A DNA stretch of 64,000 nt. Source: Owenia fusiformis (taxonomy: Eukaryota). Of this stretch, positions 13,392 to 25,546 are shown in pieces. Both the position numbers and the translations under genes were made by a program. Under the pieces are notes generated by a model. It ran no database searches. It was not told the DNA's origin and saw nothing but the letters and a program-made list of their open reading frames with translations. Location: NCBI GenBank assembly GCA_903813345.2, contig CAIIXF020000001.1:49848001-49912000 (forward strand). Direction: 5' to 3'. Every line of letters begins with the position of its first letter. Within the stretch, counting starts at the first letter, position 1.

Positions 13392-15983
13392 ATGATTTTT
13401 CTTGTCATTTTGATCAGTGTCTTTCTTCAGAAGTCACAACAATCTAATATCACAACCACAGATGTGATTAGTCTTAAACAATCTAATGTTACATCCAAAG
13501 ATGTGATCATTTTGGAGCCGTTTTATGACATAGCCACAAATAGGATCAGTTTGGAAAAATCTAACATCACAACCACAGATGTGATAAGTTTGGAACAATC
13601 TAATATCACAACTGCAGATGTGATAAATTTGGAACAATCTAATATCACAACCACAGATGCGATAAGTTTGGAACAATTTAATATTACAACCACAAATGTG
13701 ATAAGTTTGGAACAATCTAATATCACAACCACAGATGCGATACGTTTGGAACAATCTAATATCACAACTACAGATGTGATAAGTTTTGAACAATTTAATA
13801 TCACAACCACAGATGTGATAAGTTTGGAACAATCTAATATCACAACTATAGATGCGATAAGTTTGGAACAATCTAATATCATAACCACAGATGCGATAAG
13901 TTTTGAACAATTTAATATCACAACCACAGATGTGATAAGTTTGGAAAAATCTAATATCACAACTATAGATGCGATAAGTTTGGAACAATCTAATATCACA
14001 ACCACAGATGCGATAAGTTTTGAAAAATTTAATATCACAACCACAGATGTGATAAGTTTGGAACAATCTAATATCACAACCACAGATGTGATAAGTTTGG
14101 AACAATCTAAAATCACAACTACAGATGCGATAAGTTTGCAACAATCTAATATCACAACCACAGATGCGATAAGTTTTGAACAATTTAATATCACAACCAC
14201 AGATGTGATAAGTTTGGAACAATCTAATATCACAACTACAGATGTGATAAGTTTGGAACAATCTAATATCACAACCACAGATGCGATAAGTTTAGAACAA
14301 TCTAATATCACAACCACAGATGTGATAAGTTTGGAACAATCTAATATCACAACCACAGATGCGATAAGTTTGGAACAATCTAATATCACAACCACAGATG
14401 TAATAAGTTTGGAACAATCTAGTGTCACAGCCAAAGATGTGATCATTTTGGAACAATCTAACGTCACAGCCACAGATGAGACTGGGGCTATTCAGTCTTG
14501 GACTTTTGAAAGTGGTACTGAAAATCCTTGGATGACATCTTGTATGGTTGCACTGTTTAGCACTTTAAACGAAGCAAAACCTTACATAGAAAAGAAATTC
14601 CCATGCAGTATTCCAAAAGATTTGGTGATTACCCGCCAGAATTATTATCCATTGGCTGATGCCTGTATGGCTAAGTATGACTATGTTGAAGAGGATGGTG
14701 TGTATGCTGTACTGCTAATTCCCCCTGAAGCTAACCACTATTGTAAACCAGATGTCCCTTACTTTAGGCAAGTGACCAATGAGCAGCTTGTAAAGGAGGC
14801 AGAGAAGGAAGCAAAAGATCAACAAAACTCATCTGTTCCAATCATATTTGTCTGTATAGAAGGCACATCTGGAATTGATCAAGATGCATATTTGACAATA
14901 AGATGCAAAATTGAGAATGAAACAGAATTGACCGATGAGATTGTGATGAAACATTGTATGATGAGACCTGGGTGGAAATATTCACAAGTGGACACTCCAA
15001 AGGATTGTGCTTTGAAGAATGTTGAAGGACAAGATGACATGGAGACTTTTTCAGCTGCATATTATTATGTATTTAGTTGTATTGCTTGTTTAGGTTTGCT
15101 AGGAAATTGTCTTACTCTGTTTGCAATGGCCAAAGCCAAGCCGCATCCTTCTAGATGTTACATAGTATGTTTGATTATTACCCAAAATGTATATTTACTT
15201 CTTGCATTTTGTTCCTCTGTAGTGGCTCTGGTGAGTTCTTTCATGTACTTATACACCTTCATGTTATATTTTTGTCAGGTCATATCTGTTCTCCAATTTG
15301 TATGCGCCACTTTGTCTACATTCATAAAAGTCTTCTCTTCACTGGATAGATACTTTGCAATTTGTAAGCCATTCAGTTACAGAAGGTTTCTCATGCAAAA
15401 ATTTAGTACCAATATATATCTCGGATTTTTTGTCACCATTGTAATATTGGGTTTGTGGTTCACATTGCAAGTACTTGTTTTGGAAAATACTAAAGGGCAT
15501 GTGTGTGACTTTGAATTATTTAGCTTACGTAAAATGTCAGTGCATCAAAAGTATTTCATAATTTTTGGAATACTTGTGTATTTGTTACCATGGTTACTAA
15601 TTGTTGTCCTCAGCTCAATTACATCTAGACACCTATTCAATCACAGTAGAGCACGCAAGAAATTTAACATTCGTAAAAATGTTAATTTAGCAGATAAACC
15701 TGGTTGGCTAAATGCATTAAGGGTCACGATCCAAAGGTCAGAGGTTAAGGCCACTATATTAATGTTCAGTACAATACTCACATATCTGGTTTTATCTGTT
15801 CCTCTAATGGCTGCCCAAATCTGGTTTTACACTGAACAAAGTTCATCTCTTCAATTGAAACTCAAAGTTTTATTTTTTGCTGCACTTCTGCATACTATTG
15901 AGCATTCTGTAAGTTTAATAGTTTATGGTGTCGTGGTGCCACAATTCCGCATGCTTCTGAAAAAGGTACTTTTATGCAGATAA
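13392..15983 (+). CDS. Intronless class A (rhodopsin-like) orphan GPCR, 863 aa: signal peptide, 13-aa repeat stalk, 8-Cys ectodomain, 7TM
   Basis: Hydrophobic N-terminus MIFLVILISVFL. TM1 GLLGN, TM3 SLDRYFAICKPF (DRY), TM5 YLLPWLLI, TM6 YLVLSVP, TM7 HSVSLIVYG (degenerate NPxxY), helix 8 PQFR. Confidence 0.9.
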   Translation: MIFLVILISVFLQKSQQSNITTTDVISLKQSNVTSKDVIILEPFYDIATNRISLEKSNITTTDVISLEQSNITTADVINLEQSNITTTDAISLEQFNITTTNVISLEQSNITTTDAIRLEQSNITTTDVISFEQFNITTTDVISLEQSNITTIDAISLEQSNIITTDAISFEQFNITTTDVISLEKSNITTIDAISLEQSNITTTDAISFEKFNITTTDVISLEQSNITTTDVISLEQSKITTTDAISLQQSNITTTDAISFEQFNITTTDVISLEQSNITTTDVISLEQSNITTTDAISLEQSNITTTDVISLEQSNITTTDAISLEQSNITTTDVISLEQSSVTAKDVIILEQSNVTATDETGAIQSWTFESGTENPWMTSCMVALFSTLNEAKPYIEKKFPCSIPKDLVITRQNYYPLADACMAKYDYVEEDGVYAVLLIPPEANHYCKPDVPYFRQVTNEQLVKEAEKEAKDQQNSSVPIIFVCIEGTSGIDQDAYLTIRCKIENETELTDEIVMKHCMMRPGWKYSQVDTPKDCALKNVEGQDDMETFSAAYYYVFSCIACLGLLGNCLTLFAMAKAKPHPSRCYIVCLIITQNVYLLLAFCSSVVALVSSFMYLYTFMLYFCQVISVLQFVCATLSTFIKVFSSLDRYFAICKPFSYRRFLMQKFSTNIYLGFFVTIVILGLWFTLQVLVLENTKGHVCDFELFSLRKMSVHQKYFIIFGILVYLLPWLLIVVLSSITSRHLFNHSRARKKFNIRKNVNLADKPGWLNALRVTIQRSEVKATILMFSTILTYLVLSVPLMAAQIWFYTEQSSSLQLKLKVLFFAALLHTIEHSVSLIVYGVVVPQFRMLLKKVLLCR
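13437..14480 (+). repeat. Coding minisatellite, 39-bp unit x ~27 (EQSNITTTDVISL)
   Basis: Unit GAACAATCTAATATCACAACCACAGATGTGATAAGTTTG repeated in frame within the GPCR ORF. Confidence 0.95.
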
Positions 15984-16183
15984 CAAAATATAGTCAAATT
16001 ATGTAAATACAAAATGCTCATCAGTTTTCGCTAACTTCTCTATTTTAACCTCTCTTTTGACATCAGGTATCTTTGTGAACATATATCTGACGTGTGCAAA
16101 TGTATAAGCTTGTCAAAAGTGCCAGAAGAGTTGACTTTGACTCAGAAAATCAGAAAACTTGTTATACAACAAGTCATATTTTA

Positions 16184-17184
16184 TTATCCCACCGAACGAA
16201 GTTCGAGGAGGATATAGGTCCGTTTGTCCGGGTGATAACTCAAATACTGGTGAACGAATTTGATTCAAATTTTATAGGCTTATGCCTTATGGCGATAAAA
16301 CTTCTGCTTGAGAAGGAATTTTCAATATGGCCGCTTAAAAAATATAATCTACTCAAATACTTGTAGACAGATCTGGTTCAAATATTATACGCTGATGCCT
16401 AGGGACAAAGGCTCTATGCTGAAGAAGAGATTTTCAAGATGGCTGCCGAATTTCAAAATGGTTGCCATATTCGTTGAAATTGTAATCTTTGATAACTCAA
16501 ATACCAGTGAATGGATTTGGTTCAAATTTTATATGATGCCTAGGGACAAAGTAGATTTGTTCAAGAAAGAATTTTCAAGATACCGGCTGAATTTCCAAAT
16601 GGCCGCCATTTTTCATAAAAAAAACGTAATCTTTGACAACTCAAATATTAGTTGACAGATTTGGTTCCAATTTTATATGTTCATGCCTAGGAACAAAGGA
16701 GCTACCCTGAAGAAGAGATTTTCAAAATGGCTACTAATATATAATTCAAATACCAGTGAATGGATTTGGTTCAAATTTTATATGCTGATGCCTAGGGACA
16801 AAGAAACTACCCTGAAGAAGAGATTTTCAAAATGGCTGCTAAATATCAAAATGGCGGGCATTTTTCGTAAAAAAATGTAATCTTTGAGAACTCAAATACC
16901 AGTGAACGAATCCTAGTTGAAGGATTTGGTTCAAATTTTATATGCTGATGCCTAGGGATAAAGGAGCTACGCTGAAGAAGAGCTTTTTAGAATGGCTGCT
17001 AAGTACCAAACTGGCGGCCATTTTTCTTAAAAAAACGTATTCTTTGATATCTCAAATACTAGTTGAAGGATTTGGTTCAAATTTTATATGCTGATGCCTA
17101 GGAATAAAGAAGCTACCCTGAAGAAGCAAAATATGTTTTGTTCGATGGGATTTGCTACTCTGTGGAGTTGCTGTTTTTCTAGTT
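16184..17184 (+). mobile_element. HINE/DINE-1-like element, family 2 (second full copy)
   Basis: Same termini as 9848-11187 (TTATCCCACCGAAC...GTTCGATGGGATTTGCTACTCTGTGGAGTTGCTGTTTTTCTAG) and the same ~120-bp core repeats. Confidence 0.85.
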
Positions 17185-18112
17185 TCTTTGTAGTATGGAT
17201 GTTTTGAATAAGTATAGAGAATGTATATACTCTGTGACATAAAAATCATATCTTGTATACTACAGTCTATTCTATTATGTTTATGCATAATATTTTAACC
17301 TACAAGAAAAATATATTATTATATCAACTGTGTAAACAAAACTTATTTGTGTAATAAGTATATTAACAAATTTCATCCTTTTAACAATATAACATTGCTT
17401 AAACAATAAGTCCATAAATTATCCAAATATCAATTCAGTAAATGGTAAACCTCCATTAGCAGGCCAGATCCTTAAAGGGTCACACATATCGTTTAGCAAA
17501 TCGAACGCTGGTTTCTGGTGTTGCTCACCATTTAGTATAAAAGGCCCGATCCCGAAATAATACTCAAGGGTTCACAGGCTCGAGGCCGTTGTGTCAACAC
17601 CTCTAACTGTTATATACCATTATTATATTATTTATCGTCACACATTTATAAAAGGAAGATTTTTATTTTGACAAATCATTTTCACATTTATGGGTGAAGT
17701 TTCGGGATCTTCTATTAGTGTATAATAAGGAAAATTTACAACTAAATTTCAATAACGTATTAGTACACAGCTTGACATATGAAGTATCCTCCAAATGAAG
17801 CAAAGCAGTTCTAATACAAGGATTTATATTGGCTGTTGTACATGCATTCTTTGAATAATCACTCTCTCGATAATGTTTTCAGAATCATAATAAACGGATT
17901 ACTTTATCTCCAAGACAATTTCAATTAAACTCCCCTAATTTCTTAAAAATGGACTGATCCAGGTGACTCGCCTGGAGCCGCCATATTGTATTTTATACGG
18001 GAAGCTTATCGGAACCCTTTAAAGCTGATACTCTCACCTTTCAAATGGTATTTTGAAAAAATGGACAAAGTACTAAGGACAATTTGACTTACTTTCTCAA
18101 CTTGACCTGATT

Positions 18113-18385
18113 TTTTTAGGTCTCATGGTGAGCTATTGCAATCACTCACTCGTCTGTCCGTTCATCCGTCTGTCTGTCAGTCCATCCATCCATAGCTTTA
18201 CAAATAATTTTAGGTGTCCTGCATTGTAAAAAGTCATGTCACTGTAAAGAGTAGTTGTATGAAATAATTTTGTTACAAAAAATTGGCAAAAAATCATATC
18301 CATTTGTTTTATTTTCTGCCATTTTAGCCATCATTCACTTTTGAGCAACACCATGTGAGCTCAGTACCCATGGTACAATTTATTT
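18113..18385 (+). mobile_element. Short degenerate HINE-like element
   Basis: 5' TTTTAGGTCTCATGGTGAGC; GTCT/GTCC microsatellite; 3' CACCATGTGAGC followed by small hairpin GTACC-ca-TGGTAC. Confidence 0.5.
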
Positions 18386-18568
18386 TGAAAATGAGTATAA
18401 GGAATTAGGGTGTGTACCCAATGTATGGTGCATAATTTTTAAGCAAGCCATCCGGAAATTTTGACCATGTTTCAATGTAAACCATTAACTTCAAATTTTC
18501 AGTGATGCTTGACAGTTTGAAAATCAACATTTGGAGTGCAATATTTACCACTGTATGTGTTCTTTCAG

Positions 18569-20801
18569 GAGAGTGGTCCACTAGAGGAGCATGGAATGGT
18601 GATGGGGGTACTTGACAAGGCATTTGATGTTGTCATGTTGAGGCTAGGAGTGGTTAAAAGAGTCTATTGTGAGGTAAGTGACTCATTCATTTTCACCTCC
18701 AGTTATTATGATGGGATTATGTCACGATATTGTAATTGATAGACTTAATTCAATTTGGAATTCAATTATGGAATGAAACATCATTGATGATATTAAATGA
18801 TAGATCAGATCAAGCATAGATCATTGAATGATTCATTTATATTATAGAATGGATTTTTAACAACTAGTGCTTGTATTTTTATTATTCCATCGAATGAAGT
18901 TAGGAGGGATATAGGGAATGCCTCCGTCCATCTGTCCGTCCCTCTGTCTGTCCGTCCATCTGTACGTACATACATACATCCATCCGTCTGTCCGGGCAAT
19001 AACTCAAATACGTCCATCTGCTAAAGTTCTGCTTTAAAGCTGATTTTCAAAATGACCACTCGTTTCAAAATGGCGGTCATTTTAGTGCCGATATTACAGT
19101 ATAATTTAGATACAATATATAAAACTGTAAAATAGCAATGTGTTTTAAATGTAAAAAGTTATATAGGACATTAATAAAGCGAGAAATGTAGATATTTAAG
19201 AAACGCATGGCAGCCATCTTGAAAAATTTACGATTTTTGCTGTTACTAAAATAAACTAATAGAAGGATTTTGTTCATATTTGATATGGCACATTAGCATG
19301 GCACACTTTCTTATGACACTTTGGCTAGTAGGCAGCCATTTTTCGAAAAATGGCCACCATTTACATGTATGTGCGTGCGATTTTGTTTAAATTTTATATG
19401 TGCCTACTTAGAAGCATATTACACTTTCTTATGACAATTTGGCTAGTGAGCGACCATTTTTATTTAATGATTTTGCAATAACTGAAAAGGTAGTACAGGG
19501 ATTTTGTGAAAATAGCAGCAGGCCATCCAACTGTCCAGCAATTTGCGTATTTGTCACTCATTTGCTGGAAAATTTGAAGTCACGCCAATTTTAAGCATTT
19601 TACCTGATTATTGTCGAAAACGCCAAAAAAAACAACACATATCATACTGACTTTTCACGCGGATGCCGTGTATGTCACACATTTTCCTCAAAATATTTTG
19701 TACCTATGCTAAAGCTCTATGGTGTGTTTTAAGTGCTTACCAGTAGGCAATGGAGCCAGTCAGTTTTTATCAGCCAACTGATTATTTCAGTATTGTATGT
19801 ATAGGAATAGGAAAATAGCATGGATTGTGCTAATGGAGTTTAGACCAGCTTAAATCTTTGTAACACATCCTCAGGAGCATTAAGCATTTTTTCCCTCTGA
19901 ACATATCATATTTTCTTGGTTTTTACTGCATCCTTAGGTGCTTGTTATATAGAGATCAGTTTGCAGGATGGGTGGTGGCAGGTTGTTGGCTGCTTGTTGT
20001 ATGCAAACATTGAGCTGATGTTAAGTTGTGACTTTATTTCTGCTGTAGAAACTGGGCCTATCTGACTGGAAGTTTCAGAAGGACCACAAGAAGCCAGTAT
20101 TAACATTAACATGGCCAGCAGATGAGCAGCACCCTAATGAACTGAAACAGGAGATAACGATATTCTCACTGGTGAATTGTGTCCTGGAGGCAGATAAGCT
20201 GCCACTGAAATGGACGGTGAGTTTTTTAAAGTCTGATTATTTTAAGTTAATGAGGACAAGACATTGTGGGATGGCTTTGTGACACCCAATTCCTGTATTA
20301 TCCCTTTGAGTAATCAGCAGTCTCAAGCATTAGATAAGGGGAGACTCTGATAAGTTAGAATATGTACAGGACTAAATTAGCTGTTATAAAATTGATTATT
20401 GAGGTATTTAGCGATTGATATATGCATGGGCATAGCCAGGGAAGGTGCGATGGGTGTGATACCCCACCCCCCGGTCCCTCACCCCCAAAATTTGTTGAAA
20501 AAACAACAAATAACAGTTTGAAATGCTTAGAATACACCATATACAATGTAAATTTAAAAATCCTTGTACCCTTCACCTTTTTGGGGCTCGCTTTGCTCGA
20601 AGTGATGCAAACCCAAAAATCGCACCCCCTTGCCATTTGCTGGCTACGCCCCTGATATGTATATTGAAATACACCTACAAACAATTAATATTTGGTAGGG
20701 GAATGTTTACTTTCACAATCAACAGAACTAACTTAAAATATACCCTGATAAACATGTTTCTTTTCCAGGCATTGATAACTAGACCTACACTGCAGGAGTA
20801 A
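18569..20801 (+). CDS. DIS3L2: DIS3-like exonuclease 2, last three coding exons (S1 domain/C-terminus): 18569-18673, 20049-20216, 20769-20801
   Basis: Canonical ag/gt boundaries, all phase 0. Translation [35 protein letters not shown] / [56 protein letters not shown] / [10 protein letters not shown] matches, from recall, the vertebrate DIS3L2 C-terminus (ESGPLESEAMVMGIL...ITIFSLVEVVL). Confidence 0.9.
18883..19480 (+). mobile_element. Truncated HINE-like element, family 3, in a DIS3L2 intron
   Basis: Head TTATTCCATCGAATGAAGTTAGGAGGGATATAGGGAATGCC plus GTCC microsatellite; body homologous to 46342-47450. Confidence 0.65.
20425..20654. mobile_element. Degenerate hAT-like MITE
   Basis: Ends CATGGGCATAGCCAG / CTGGCTACGCCCCTG form an imperfect TIR; a related left end lies near 11990; no clean TSD. 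Confidence 0.45.
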
Positions 20802-22139
20802 CTGTATTCACATGTGCAGAATTACCAGTCAGTAAAATACTAAGGTGCTTATATCATACGATGTCTCTGGGAACTACAAACATGCACAGCTAAAGTGGTT
20901 TTAGTAAACAACTGACCTTATATTAAGATAACAATGGCCAGTGTCATATTTATTATCGCAGTCATGCCCATATTTATTATCGCAGTCATACCCATATTTG
21001 GAAGTTGACCTGTGTGTAGCCCTCTGCAAGAGTAGTTGATTTTCAGACTCTTTACAAAACCAATAGATCTTTACTCATGAGCCAATCAATTAATTTTTGC
21101 CCAGTAGTACCAATGTTTAAATTCATATTTGTGTGGCTCTGCAGTGCTCTCTCGATAGTTTGAACTCAAATCTGTAAATTGATTGATTCTAGTCAGAGGG
21201 CAGTAAACAACACTGATCTTATTGTGCCAAAAAATGTGCAAAAATGGCATTTTACATTTATTGTATAGACTAAGACTCCATCCTCCGACAACATGGCTCA
21301 AGAATTCTCCCATTCACGATTCGCTCTTCAATCGAGGAGACATGGAAGTTTTTCCTTATATGGACAAAATATTACTCATGATGCAATTCGGAGGGAAACA
21401 AATTTCTAATTCCTTGTTTTTCCCTCATTGGTTTAGCATGTGGATTTACTCACCTATTTTTCAGTTGCTATGTTCGATCAAATCTCTATCCGATTGGACA
21501 AAAAAAGTATCAATTGGTCTTTTCATAACCTTTATATAGCAGATATTTGTATCATTGTATTGGCTCACATCGTTGTGAAAAAAAAATGTGTGAAGAGAGG
21601 TAATATTTTCCGATAGAGAAGGTCATGTGATCAGTTGACTAGTCGCCATATTGGAAAAAATAAGTTCTTTTGACTTTCCAACCTTTCATTCCATCCTAAC
21701 TCCACTATAAACTGCAATATCAATTCAACAGCTGAATAAAAGTACTCCTCTTCAAATTACATTATAAAGTTTCTTTGAAAACCAACAAACGAATGAGCAG
21801 TTGACCAAAGAAGATGTGTCGCTATTATCTAGGTCAAGTATATATTTTCGTGCCTTCTCGATTCATGAGCAAACTCCGAAATGGAGAATTATGTAGCCCT
21901 TTGTTCAGAGGATGATAGACTCGATAGAGAATATTATACATCATGTATAAACTGTATTTTAATTCAGATTTGCATTGTCTAGATGTACATTTTACAATTT
22001 TTTCCCCTTCAAAGATTTGACTTGTCTAAGATCCATCCAAGTGCTGTTAAACCAAGATATCAAGGTTGATAAAGACCCCACTGTGTAGAATGCAGTTGTA
22101 TAATTTATTAAAGTTACAAATGGATATACATGTACAGAT

Positions 22140-22712
22140 AGTATTTGTGCTTATATCAAGATTACCAAATGTAGAATCCCATATTGTATAGACTGGTGTC
22201 CCTCACCTGTCAAATCCCGATTTAAATCAGGAGAAATCCTGGCTTTTTATTTCTCATCCCAATTTTTTTTCAAACTCCTGATTTTTATCCCAATTTTAAG
22301 GAAATGTCTGGATTTTGTCGTAAAATATCCCGATTTTAAGAAAACGTCCCTTTTTTCAATTGTTGATATAGTTTTTGTACCCTCGATTTTTCTCCCGATT
22401 TCTTTCTAGAAATCCTGATTTTCTCCCGATTTTTTCACTCAAATTCTGATTTTCACCCTGATTTTTCCTCAAAAAATCCAGACTTCTAATATTTTGAAAA
22501 AATATGCTGATTTTTATTTTTTTATTACTTTAATTTTTTAATATATACATACTTGTCAAGTATGTGTCCAAATGTAGAATCCTATATTGTATGGACTGGT
22601 GTCCAAATGTAAAATCCCATATTTTATGTGTTAATATGGGATTAAACATTTGGACACCAACCCATTCAATATTGGATTCTACATTTGGTAGTCTTGATAT
22701 AAGCACAAATAC
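22140..22712. mobile_element. Foldback/MITE with ~45-bp inverted ends, interrupted by a degenerate (CCGATTTT)n tract
   Basis: AGTATTTGTGCTTATATCAAGATTACCAAATGTAGAATCC at 22140 and its near reverse complement ending at 22712. Confidence 0.6.
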
Positions 22713-22829
22713 TTTCTGTTCATGTTTTTTAGTGTATTGTAATGACTGTGATGTGATTTGTAGTTTTGCTATTGCTTTTGCATGTTTTGTGGTACGGTTC
22801 ATTGAAGTACTGCATTTGGATGAGATATA

Positions 22830-22912
22830 CAGGGTATCCATAAAGTCTCCTTACAATTACAATTACAATACAAAGTATATGTAAAGTGGAAAGTGACTTT
22901 ATGGACACCCCA
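22830..22912. mobile_element. Tiny Tc1/mariner-type MITE (related degenerate copy at ~26298-26377)
   Basis: TA|CAGGGTATCCATAAAGTC ... GACTTTATGGACACCC. Confidence 0.55.
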
Positions 22913-23984
22913 TATATGCAGTGCAAGGGACTTTATGGACCCACCACAATGCAGTAGAATTTTAGTCCATAATAGTAAATCCACCAATTATTATTAGATA
23001 CTTGTAAATGTACATGTATTTTGCATACTTTTGATGAAATTTTGGAAGTGTAAAAATTGTATGAAAAATAAATTATTAATGACTGGAATGAAATAAAATT
23101 TTAGACACTCACAAAATTTAGTTTATTTCATTTATTTATTTTTATAAGGAAAAGAATCATGTATCATGCTATATTGGAAATATAAAAGCATGACTGTATA
23201 TACTAACCCATACACATAATGCACGAAGGCAAAACCTTCGTGCATTATCATAATGGGTTAGTATATACACAAATTGTATTGTAATGACTGCTCAGGTGTT
23301 AAAATTGCTAAAAAATGTAATGATAATAGTTGTTATAATATTTTGTTTGGATGAACACGAACATACATGCTATGGTTACATTGGAAAATCGATCATTCTG
23401 AGTGTAGAACGTTCGTTGGGCTCTTTTCCGTAACTTCATATTGGATCATAATGCCAGGAGGCTTCCCACGAATTTAGTGGATAAGCAAGATTGATATTAA
23501 GATTCACAAATAAGATTTCCTTTTCAACTAGTTCCATTCGGTGACGTATATATGGATGGTTATAAAGACTGGGTCAAAAAGATAATTTACTAGAAGCAGA
23601 ATTTTGTGCCTCAGAGCCACTCAAACTATTAACTGTAAGTAAACTGTGTACAAACAAGCCCTAAAATCACAAATCCAGAACAGGAACGTGGTGTATATTG
23701 TAAATAATAAGGTTTTAAACGCAATGTCGTTAGACGACTACGTATGAATTGTATGGACGGTAACGATGGATGGGAGCAAATGTGACCAAGGCATAAATGC
23801 ATCTCCGAATGAGATGCTTACATAAATCGTTCATCCTTTCATTGATACACAGTAGTAAAAAATAATGCACCAACCCTAGGTTTCTGTTCCTTAGCCTCCA
23901 TTTTATTGGATAAATCAGTAAACGTAGCCGTCCAACCTCGTTTTCAGAGGTGGCGTTATCGTCATGCTCTAGCAGGGTGTTATA

Positions 23985-24621
23985 CAGGGTGTCCCGAAAG
24001 TATGCCCCCCCCCCCTTAGGCAGACATATTCCAGTGTCCTCATAATATGTGTCATATATCATTTTAAAGCTTATCCAAAGTTACATTGATTTGCCAAGTA
24101 TCATGGTTTAACTCCCAAATGGGAAAAAGTTGCAGTCATTTTAAAAGTTAGTGTTTTGCCAAAATAAAGTTCAATTTTACACCACATTACTTGTCAATGA
24201 GCCCACCCCCCCCCCACCCTTGGCCATGTTAACAGCAGCAATTCTTTTCAGATATGACCATAAAAGCCCTTCAAATAGGGGTGTGGAATTTTATAACCCT
24301 CTTAAAACCTGTTAAAGCACTTAAGAAAAGTTTCCTTACAGTTTCTACCCTCACCATTCTCTTTTTCCAACTCAATATCCATCCGATCCGAAAAGAATTG
24401 CTGCTGTTAAGATGGCCCGAGAGGACACATTGACTAGTGATTTGGTGTAAAATTGAACTTAATTTTGAAATGCCTGTAATTTTTTCATATTTGAGAGTTG
24501 AACCATGATACTTGGCGAATCAATGTAACTTTGGATAAGCTTTAAAATGATATATGACCCATACAATGATGATACTGGTATATGTCTGCCTAGGGGGGGG
24601 GCATTCTTTCGGGACACCCTG
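23985..24621. mobile_element. Tc1/mariner-superfamily MITE, largely palindromic
   Basis: TA|CAGGGTGTCCCGAAAG ... CTTTCGGGACACCCTG|TA; inverted similarity extends well over 130 bp from each end. Confidence 0.88.
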
Positions 24622-25546
24622 TAGATGCATAAGAATCTCTAGCACTCATTGACAATTTAACATGTCACTATGCTGTTAAATTTAAATTTCCCAATTACTG
24701 TAATCTTCTCGAAATGTTGCATATCAGAATATAGATCTCATCAAAAGAAGCTTTTCATATAACATACTTCTTTTTAAATAGTTTTGTGATTAATTGAAAA
24801 ATGCTTTTCAAAACAATCTATAGAAATGGTTTATTTCATACATTTTATTAAATTATTAAATTGACGCCAGCTAAGTGCCATATTTGTAATTAAATCGTCA
24901 TACACGAATAAACGATGAGTAATTAAATCTGAATAATGAAACTAGAACAATGGTATGTTTTCTAATATCTATATAACAGTCCCTATGTATTAATATGAAA
25001 GTGGGGGATCGGGAAAACAGGAATTTACACTAATTTTGAGATTTTCTGAAGTATAGCTTTATTATACTCAAATGAAAGGCAATTTAGAGTAGATTGAAAA
25101 TATTGTATTGATTTAGTAATTTGGGCCTCGGAAAATTCAAAATGGCCGCCTTATGTGAGATTTCGCAATAATTTTCTGATCTCTTCAAAGCTATATTATT
25201 ATTCTCAAATTGAAGGAAATTTAGGGTTGCTCAGTGGTTGAGCACTTGCCAGGAGAGCGACTTTTTCACATCAGACCTTAGCGCAGGATTTCATTCTGTG
25301 TTTTGAAAGGTTACACCTGGACGTCATTTAAGTCTCAAACATCAAATTCAAGACATGAATTGCAAGACGCCGAACAAAAGTGAAAGTTTGCCGCAACTGA
25401 TATACTACCAATTTCACGGAGTAGGTTATTCTCTTTAGTAAAGTAAAAAAGTATCTGAGAAAATAAATTGTGTGGTTTTCTTATATAAGGTTAAGGCTGA
25501 TCCCTCAAAGCGACGGATCTTATTTCTTATAATCCTGCCCAGTGGT

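Noticed and set aside
13434..14473. Two long antisense ORFs (275 aa Cys-rich; 316 aa Val/Ile-rich)
   Set aside because: Stop-free shadows of the 39-bp coding repeat; they end at the repeat boundaries.
13437..14480. CRISPR-like regular repeat
   Set aside because: Units are contiguous with no unique spacers, lie in frame within a eukaryotic gene, and no cas genes are present.
17455..17616. GC-richer island that might be an intronic snoRNA
   Set aside because: No convincing C/D or H/ACA box arrangement; more likely a fragment of a non-autonomous element.
25225..25262. tRNA-like A-box (TGCTCAGTGGTTGAGCAC)
   Set aside because: No B-box/T-arm or acceptor stem follows; at most a SINE head fragment.
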